DNA of 60,382 bases, counting the filler, from Globobulimina sp. (Eukaryota): assembly GCA_003354225.1 (NCBI GenBank). It is 3 parts of 3 records of this genome, joined end to end, with 100 filler letters (N's around TTAATTAATTAA, not from the genome) between each part and the next. Parts side by side here need not be neighbours in the genome. Positions count along the whole stretch, not along the records: positions 42,322 to 60,382 come from PIVH01000003.1; 2 more parts are not named here. One strand, given 5' to 3'. Of this stretch, positions 51,401-60,382 are shown in pieces. Position 1 is the first letter of the stretch. Each line of letters begins with the position of its first letter. The position numbers were made by a program, and so were the translations under genes. Under the pieces are notes generated by a model. It searched no databases. It saw only the letters and a list, made by a program, of their open reading frames with translations, and was not told where the DNA came from.

Positions 51401-54400
51401 TGTCGCGTAATTATAGTGGTATTACAGGATAAAGTTACACTGACATTCAACACATTTGTTTTGTTAATTGAACCATAAATACACCCAACACCACGCAGAC
51501 GATCACTACCAATGCTTAGATTGCGCGGGACATTCCAGTCAAATTGAATTAAGGAGCTCCATTCGATCTGTTCAAACAAAGCATCACTGACTACGGCATA
51601 CGCTCCGGCTTCGCCCATGTTTGCGCCACCACTCTTATCCACATTTATTATTTCCAAATATTGCGGCATCACCGAGGAATAAACAATATTCTCATCATCA
51701 CTTAAATCAATTAATACGCCGTCACTTAATTTCATAAATGCATGGACCGATGCAATGTCACCAGACGCAGATAAATGTTGTTTTAAATCCGATAATATAG
51801 TGATTATGGTGAAACTATCGGTGCCCGGCGGGTCAATCCCAACCACGTGTTGACGCCGACCAACCTCAACCTCGATGTGCGTCACTAATACGCCGCCAAA
51901 ACCTATTATTGTCACTAACGGCGCGGGATTCCCCACAATCATTGGAATACTCACAAAATGGCGCCAGGGACTCGCTAATTGTAATGAAATGTTACTTTGT
52001 CCAGTCGATAAGCCATGAATTAAAAATCGCGATAACGAACCACTAAAATGTATAATTTCTGCTACATTGTCATCACTAATCGCAAATGAATCCTCATTTA
52101 AAAGTTCATTAATTACAACCGCCGAGGTGGTGGTGTCTGCGCCATCCAATGTGAAATTGCAATAGATATACAATGGCAGGGACTCATAATAAATATCACC
52201 CACTGCGCGATAAGCCATATCGATTTGGGATAACTCAAATTGGGCCTCTTTTGTACCAGTATTATACGGTATGATTGCAAATGTTGATAAAAGAGGCAAC
52301 CATACATTTAGAATCTGGATGCTTTTGATAGCATCGGCAGTGATATTGACATATACCTCACCATATTCTGTCTGATACGCCGATGCGATGGCATTACAAT
52401 CCACGCCCGTTGTCGTCAAAAAAAATGATAGAAATGAGGTTTCTTTGGTACATGCCAACGATGTCGGCGATCTCACTGAGAAATGATATACAACAAATAT
52501 TGGAAAGGTAACAGCTCGGCCTTCCGTTCCAGAAATAAATGCTGTGTTCCATAAATTAATTGTATCGACTTGAACAAAAATGTCAATTGGATCATCGGCT
52601 AAAACTTGCAATGAGGCCTCCACCGTATACCAACCATTTATGTCCGCCATCCGTCCTTCGGCATTATTTGTAATCGCATAGCCATTATCCCCGCTCATCG
52701 ATATGGTCACAAATGACAACACCGACGCGTACAAACCAGCGGCCGTGTCGTCATAGACGGAAAACAAAAAATAGCCAACCGAGATATTGCCACCGTTTGT
52801 ATTCAATAATTGGCCAATTTTGGAGCCCCAAATTTCTATTAAACCGTTATTATTACTTTGCTCCATCGAATATAGGGAACCAATGGAACCCCAAATCGTC
52901 TCATCGGCCACAAAAGAAACGTATTGAAGAAGTGCATGATTAAAATCGATCGATAACCACCATGCTTGTGCATATCGCTGCCGATTCGCCAAATCATCAG
53001 AGTTTAACCATAAATCCAACCGAACCTCTTCTCCGACATATCTTGGCGACATAGCAAATTCGCCATATATTCCCGCAAAATCAATACCTTTTGCAACAAT
53101 TCTCGGTGCCAGCGTTAATTCAATAATCTCAGTTTTATTTAGAACCGCACCGGAATTGTCGGATAATTCCGCATGGATTTGCAAGATATTTGTATCATTT
53201 TCAATAAATAACCAATCTGAAACAGTCAGGTTGCATTTCACCGCATTAAAACCTCCATCATTAAAGACATTAATAACAGAGTTTTCAATGTCACATTCAT
53301 CATTAATGCCAAATAGGGTGGTAAAGGATGCACAGTCCGGACAACTGGCCCATACACTGATAGTTACATTGGATAAATCAATAAAAGTAGACCCATATTT
53401 ATCAAATAATTGAAACCATAAACCAATCTCTGCCGAGTCTCGATGTATAGTAAAATCTAATGAATCATATACTAAATTAATCAAAATTGGTGGATATAAC
53501 TCACGAGAAAAGGTCACATTTCCATATGGTAAAATATAGTCCGATATTGCTAATTTTATCACAGATTGGTCATTATGCCGACTGTATAAAAATTCATCAT
53601 ATTGCCGCTCAAATTCAAAGATATTAATCTCATTTACGTCTTCATTTTCTGTGGGATTTATTGCGAAACCCATTTGCGTCTCAGATGTATATTCATATTC
53701 GGCATCCACATAATCCCATTCATTATATGTCGGACATAATGGCGAATACAAGCAACTGACACCGACACCGCAGCTAAATGTTACATTCACAGTCAAGGAA
53801 GTAATCGCATCGGTAAACACAATTGGTTCCCCAAAGGGCGGTAATTGGGTTGGATCCACATTTGGTGTATAAGCCGCATCCGTGAATTCAAAATATGCGC
53901 CATTGCCAGTAATTAGCCAGGTTTCTAAGTTTGTATCATAATATAATCTCATTTTGTCTTTTGGTCGATAATAATCACCGCCATCATTTGTTGTATCATT
54001 TGAGTGTTTATAATATCCATCGATTGCCGATAAGCCAGCGCCCGATGTATCGACTTGTATGCAGTCACAAAGAATTTGATCCGGTGGGGATGGCGAGTGC
54101 GTTAATATAAATTCGGAGGAGTTGCAACTTAAAACCAATTCAATGGTTTGGGAGGGATCCGCCTGGTTGTACCAAATGGAGGGCTGCTCGCTAGGATCGA
54201 AGGGCGGGAAAGTACTGCTTGGATCATTATCCGCATGCAACCATCGCTTGCCATCAATCGGCTCCGTGTCAAAGAGCCACGCACTTTCGATGGCTAACCA
54301 TCCTAATTCAAAATCATTGCTTGGCGGCGCACTGTCTTGCCATGAATAGCGAAAATCATTCATTATGCCGTAATCATTTAATACAGTCAAAGCATAGTCA

Positions 54401-57400
54401 GTGGAGCTAATATCAATGGTGGCACAAACGCCTAATGTCGGTGCGGGCGTTGTAATCGCCAGTGTTGTATTACATTGCTTATAATATATTACTTTATAAA
54501 TATTTCGTTCAAAATTTAAGCCAATTTGATTACCGGCCCTCCATCCACCAGTTTGCGAATTGATCATATGCCAACACAATGCGTTATTGGACGCGGTATC
54601 ATATATATCACAGCCGCCTTGTGCTAAATTGATACGTCCATTTGGTGCATCGGTAAAACCAAAAGCCACATTCTCCACATAATACCAATATGTTTGCTGT
54701 GGGTATTGATTATCGTACGTGGTTTGATACGCATACTGCAGAGAGCTGGTAAAATCTTGTAAAATGGAGACATGTCCATATGCCCCAATATAGGCATAAT
54801 CTAAGTTTGTTTTTTCAACCGCACCAACAAAAATATATACATCTTTAACATCGATTGGGGCGGAACCATAATTGTCTGTAATTTCAGTCAAACACAAATC
54901 CTCTAAATCAGTGGCGGTGCTACCATCTGAATATGTAGTTTGATAACAAATATCCCACGTTCTTAAATGATCCAAATGCCAATAATGTACAATGTCGTCG
55001 GGGAATGCGCAAGGATCGAAAGGAAAGGTGGGAGAAAGTGCAGGTGGTGGTATTGGAGTGGATATGCATTCTATAGAAAATTCATAAAAAAGATAGCGAC
55101 TGCTGATATAGCTCCATTTACCACTATAATTTTCTTGGACGGGGTCAGATAAACTCGATAGAGCAACGGGGCCAAAATATAACTCATCGTAGTTGCCATC
55201 ATAAAATGTCCATCTTTGGTTCATATCATACCAAGAAATGGTATATGTGCCATCCGTCCATATACCTTTGCCATCACTTAATGGCGGCGAATCTAAATCT
55301 AATTGGAGGGTCAGAGGGTCGCGATTCTGTGGTTCGGCATCAGAAGTTACAATTAATTGGGTACAATTTGGAAGAGGAGGAATTGTGGGTGGTAGAACCA
55401 CCGGTGTTGGGGTTGGGTGCGGTGTGGAAGGCGGCGGATTGCCACCACACACTAACATTAACTCAATGGTTTTGTCATCAAATGTATCCGTCCAATTCGT
55501 ATATTGCCCGGTTGCATACGACTGTGAATAGGGCGGCAATGCGCCGCTATCATTTGCGGCTGAAACCAAGTAGGCGAAGACGGACTGAATGACCCACACA
55601 TTATTACTGTCGGAATAGTAAATGCCGCCCATAGTGGCCAACCGATCTCTTTTCCAGGTCCACTTGGCTAAAGAAGACGAATTGGATAAAATATGATAAT
55701 TGCCTTGTAAATCAATCACAGCATCGCTATAAGTCGGGGCTTGGTATTTGGAATAAACGATAATAGTATCACACACAAATGGGGTGGGCGCCAATGTGGG
55801 CTCCGAAGTGGTAGGCTGTGCCGTGGTGGGTGACAGCGTCGGGGCCACAGTTGGCAGCGAAGGCGCAGTCGTTGGCGTTACCGTTGGTGCCACAGTGGGA
55901 TCGGTTAAATTACAAAATGTTTTGGGTGACTCAATCAACGGAGCAGACTGAAATATTGTAGTCACTGCATAGTTAGTCACTGGTTGGACGCACGAAGAAC
56001 CATTTAATTCAATTTCGGTTACGGTTGAAGCCACAGTCTGGAATATCTCTCCATTTTTATAGATTCGGTACGATTCGACGGCAGATGTTGATGGTGAACA
56101 CCATGCCAATAATATAATGTTTGCGGCACAATTCTCTTTAAACGTATAACAGCAATCTGGCGAATATAACGGTATACAGACGCCGCCAGATAAAATATAA
56201 TCGTCTGAACACACACATTTGCCGTCCGTGCCGGTGCCACAATAGGCCGCTTTGTCGCCTTTTGCAATACATTTGAGATAACGGCAAGGACACGGCTCTT
56301 GATTTGGAGATTGTGGCGTCCCGTATACATAGCACGACTCCTCCCAGTTACCACCTAATATGTTATCCAAATCTTCCGTTATTAATTCATGCGTAAAAAG
56401 AGTGTTTACAATGGGAAAGAAATCGCGATTCCTTTCCACAAAATCAACCTCGTCGCCGGCACCATTAAATAAGCTTAATTTCCAATAATCATTATTCATA
56501 TTTGTGTCGGCGTAAATATCGTCCACTAAGAGGTCCTGGCCGCAGCCCCGGCAGCCCGCCTCGGTCTGGTCAATGCCAAACATGTCATACGTCGATATCA
56601 CCCAATACTGTCCCTGAGCCACCCCATAGCCGCTTTCTTCAATGGTAAAATTGATCAGTCCTTCAAAGCGGAAGCCGGTTAACGACACTCCAACCGACGG
56701 ATTATATAACTCTATGAAGTATAAGTCCTCTCCATTTGGACCATAATCGCGATTCAGTCCAACTTCATTGATAATTAATATAATATCTGCACTGCAAACG
56801 ATAGTGCCAATGGCCGACACCAAACCTTTGAGCGCATCAAAATCTGTGGCATAAAAAAAATATTTATCAAAATCTTCAACCACACAGGTAAAAAAATCAT
56901 CGATTGTCGATGTCGACACATCAATACCAATGGCAACAATGGTTACATCTAAAGCTTGTAAAGCAGCCAATGTCGGCGACACATAGCCCGTGGCTGCTAT
57001 ACACGGCTCGTGGTCGGGTGTTTTCACGCCGGTATCGGGGTCCTCAATCACTGGAAATGGCTCCCCATCGGTTAAGATTATTATCATTTTACTACGATCG
57101 TCGCTGGAATTGCCCTGGAACTCTCTTAAAGCGATGGTTAATGCTTCATTGGTCCACGTATAGCCACCATTAAAATCGCCGGGCCCCATAGCCGCAAATC
57201 TATTATAAACATCGATTTGGTTATTTGGTATACCAAAGTCGGTTAAACCCCACATTTTCTTGAGCTTTCCATCCGCTTGACACGACGCAAAATCCCAGGA
57301 AGGCCCACAACCACTAAAATTTATTGCCGCTACTTTGGTATCGCCGGGCAATGAGCTATTCACAATTGCTTTGGCAAAATCTAGCTCTTGCTGCCAATTG

Positions 57401-58607
57401 TTATACTCTGGATCGCCATCCTTTGAGCCATCATAGACACTGCCACTGCTGTCTAGGATGAATATTAAGTCCAACAATAAGGAAGAACCACAACCTGCGT
57501 AGGTCGGCGCCTTGGTCGGTGACACCGAGGGCAGTGCAGTGGTCACCGGGGACAGCGTGGGAGTGGCGCTCGGATCCCAGGTTTCGTCGGTCATGGTGGG
57601 TCGACGAGTCGGTGCATACGTATATGGACAAGTAATACGCTGCGATTCGATGCTGCTGTTATCCGATCGGTCAATGCCAACTAAGCTCATTTGCACCTCG
57701 CCGGCCTGAAATCCTCCATAAGTGATACTAACCGGTTGATTGGGATACAAATTATCAGTCTCAGAGGCCGCACCATAATAAATATTATACGATACTATAG
57801 ATATTGCAGAAGCATAGTAGCTGGAATTGAGTGGCTCTTGAAAGGATACCTCAATGTAGCTGTTTTGCACCGAGGTCACATAGGCAGCACAGGACAAAGG
57901 GGTCACAACCAACAGACAACTGCCCGTATTGCCGATATCACTGAAATAGGCACTGCTACACTGACATTGCGACGGTACGCAATATGTATAATTATCTACG
58001 CCCGGATAGCCGAGCGGCGCGATATCATAACAACTGGTGCCAGAATTACTACATTGAGCGTTGCTATCGTAACGAGTGCATTTTAGTGGATCACAAATCT
58101 TTGGACAATGTGCTAAGTTCAATACACCGGGCGATCCATACAAATAACAAGATTCTCGCCAGGACGATAAATCTGTAAAATCATTAAAAACTATTTCTAA
58201 TTCATATGAATATCCATCATCAATCAAAAAATTATCACTGGCTGACACTTCAAACTGTGAATTAGCGCCGTCATTGAGGGCAATAATGAACTCGTTTAAT
58301 GCCACACTTGCTGGCAAATTATAATCAGAAGAAAAATAATTGTCGCAATCATAATTATCAACGCCAATGCTTGACGGGAAATAAATATCGCACGGCGCCT
58401 CATTGCCAATCACAAATATATCTCCTTGATTTATTAATGTTTGGTTGGCTTCGTTGGAAGCGGTGCTTCCTCCCAATAATAAATTGCCTGGCGATGTAAA
58501 TGAAAGTGCTGAAATATTGAAGGCAAATCCTAAATTTACAATTTCTATCCAATATCTACCATTAGTTTCATCCACAAATATTTCTGTAATTGCTACGTTA
58601 ATATAAG
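42472..58607 (-). CDS. Exon 2 of giant polycystin-1/REJ-like membrane protein (eukaryotic)
   Basis: Lamin-tail-like, EGF-like, VWA (DLIFILDSSGS), P/T linkers, cohesin/TMEM132-like Ig modules, REJ-like motifs (GPCDDL, LIIPGQQLEAG, NRGPNGGLC, CYGWTD), GPS-like C..CAC, then several TM helices. Confidence 0.8.
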
Positions 58608-58675
58608 CTATATATTATTGCGAATATGCGTAATGCGAATAGGCGTTAAAAAGTAAAAAAGTAAAAAAACTAAAC
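58608..58675 (-). other. 68-nt spliceosomal intron
   Basis: GT at 58675, T-rich body, TAG at 58610-58608; removal joins the two ORFs in frame (LLCS-SYINVAITEIF-VDETNG). Confidence 0.85.
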
Positions 58676-59792
58676 ATGAACAAAGTAATGCTTGAATATT
58701 GCCATACTGCTCGTGTATGAATGAAAACTGATCGATAGCAATAATATTATTATTATTGGCATCAGCCAGACATTCTAAATGTTGGTTGTAGGTGGTTTCA
58801 GCCAATATAATGAGTTGAATGCCATTTACTCGCAAGGTTGCTTTTGTTCCTTCGCAAGAGAATCGAAGTTTGGTTTGTTGAGTATCGATATATTCGTCGG
58901 TATATAATACAATGTATTCCTGCCGATTTATATTATCATAGGCCGTGGTTGGATATTGCGCCAAAAATATATCAATCGCTGCGTTTAAGCCATCAACGGT
59001 GGCATGACTACCGCCAATACATTGAGTGGCACTAAAACCAGCAATCGCGTCCTTATAAGTATTGTACCATTCATTTGGAAATGAAATGCTTTTCAAATCT
59101 GCTCCACCCACAATGGCATTCAATGGTTTTTTGATGATTGTGGAGCCATTCACCGATGTACCAAATGTTACAATTGCAATGTTTAAGTCCTGTCTTGGGA
59201 TATTATTCTCAATTAAGTCGATAATGGATTGGAAATAATAATGATGACAATCAAACGATAAATCACCAGACGTATCTAATAAAAAAATAATATCGACAGC
59301 TGTCGTTTCATGACATCCGGTATTTGGTCGGTTTTGGTTTGGAAAATGGCAGCCACCAAAAGGAGCGCTACCATTTTGCAATAAATACTCCTCAAAACCA
59401 GCCTCGCCGCCTTTTCCCTGCAAGCGGAAAAGATCACTCTTCGCCGCTCCATCAAATACTACACTCTCTACATTTGAAGTGATTGCTTCTTCGCCAAAAT
59501 ATACACTTATATTGCCACCATCCGCCGCAATCCCATCACCGTATAGATCGGTAAAGTTGAATACTAAACAATCGCTTGGTTCTACGTCAACAACCGAGAC
59601 TAAATAATTGTCAATGCCACTTCCTTCATCAAGTAGTTCTCTCGAACCATCTGCTGCTTCCTTGTATAATTCCCAAATTATATCATTTTGCCATTGGTTG
59701 TTACGACCCGGCTTCACTGCAGTCTTTAAACGTTTAGCTGTTATATTATCAATCGCACAAATAGATAATAACAGTACTGTAAATATACACAT
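58676..59792 (-). CDS. Exon 1 of the giant protein: signal peptide plus VWA domain
   Basis: MCIFTVLLLSICA signal-like start; DLYGDGI module; DIIFLLDTSG VWA motif. Confidence 0.8.
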
Positions 59793-60382
59793 TATTTTCT
59801 CTAATCCTGTGAAAGGAAAAAAAAAATGTTTAGTGACACTAGCTCAAAAAAAAAAGGAGATCACTGGAATGAATAGGGCTTTGCGAACAGCTCCATAATG
59901 CATCCGTTCAGTTCGAAAAGGTCACACCATGCCCGAAGAAAAGCAATTTTTATTAAACGAGTTACAAGCGTAATTTATCAAATATTATCTATTGTTTTCT
60001 TCTCACCATTCTTATATTTATTACCTTTTACTATCAGTTATTTTATCCCTCATTTACGTTCGACATCATTGTGGCAAATTATATGACAGCAAATTATTAG
60101 AAACGATTTTGTCGCCATATGCATTTATACCGCCATTCAAAACACACATATTTTATTTCCAATGTCCATCAAAAAGCGCATCATATTTATGTGTACAGCG
60201 ACGTCGACCTATTTCAAATTAAATGGTTTCATAAATATCAATCTTTTTATACGCTCATGGGAGATGGATGATTGCTCATAAATAATATGAGCGTTTAATA
60301 CGGAATCGTATTGAGCATAAAGACATATCTGGGCAGTGTTTCTGAGCGAATTATATTCTATGAAATGGTGATAATGTGAATA

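Noticed and set aside
42483-59035. Many short overlapping ORFs in contig 3
   Set aside because: Alternative-frame or antisense shadows of the giant gene
59793-59900. Additional upstream coding exon (polypyrimidine tract plus CAG near 59807)
   Set aside because: An acceptor-like site is visible but I could not assign a convincing in-frame donor; the ATG at 59792 already gives a signal peptide

Overview
The window is three unrelated contigs joined by N-spacers that contain a TTAATTAATTAA linker (23687-23786 and 42222-42321), so no context should be inferred across the joins. (1) 1-23686 is a very AT-rich Polinton-like/virophage-like DNA virus. It encodes an A32-type packaging ATPase, a penton-like minor capsid, a double-jelly-roll-type major capsid, a fibre, a D12-class adenine MTase and many Zn-finger proteins. 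I see no polymerase, helicase or integrase. Fourteen non-structural genes sit behind the Mimiviridae early-promoter octamer AAAATTGA. Six are followed by a fixed-spacing 3' element, and two are bracketed by direct repeats, which suggests exchangeable gene cassettes. The contig also appears to avoid GATC/CATG/TGCA/AGCT/GTAC. (2) 23787-42221 is a Bacteroidota-type (possibly crAss-like) phage fragment. It carries a divergent ribosomal protein bL12 directly upstream of a circularly permuted two-piece tmRNA (tag GNLTTITQLFRIAA) whose intervening sequence contains a small ORF. It also has several tRNA-like RNAs, an enlarged GroES and four GTAAC-N16-CGTA ECF-type promoters. (3) 42322-60382 is a eukaryotic gene with a 68-nt intron, encoding a ~5750-aa polycystin-1/REJ-like surface protein with VWA, lamin-tail, cohesin/TMEM132-like and dockerin-like modules. 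All domain calls come from motif recognition by eye, without database searches.
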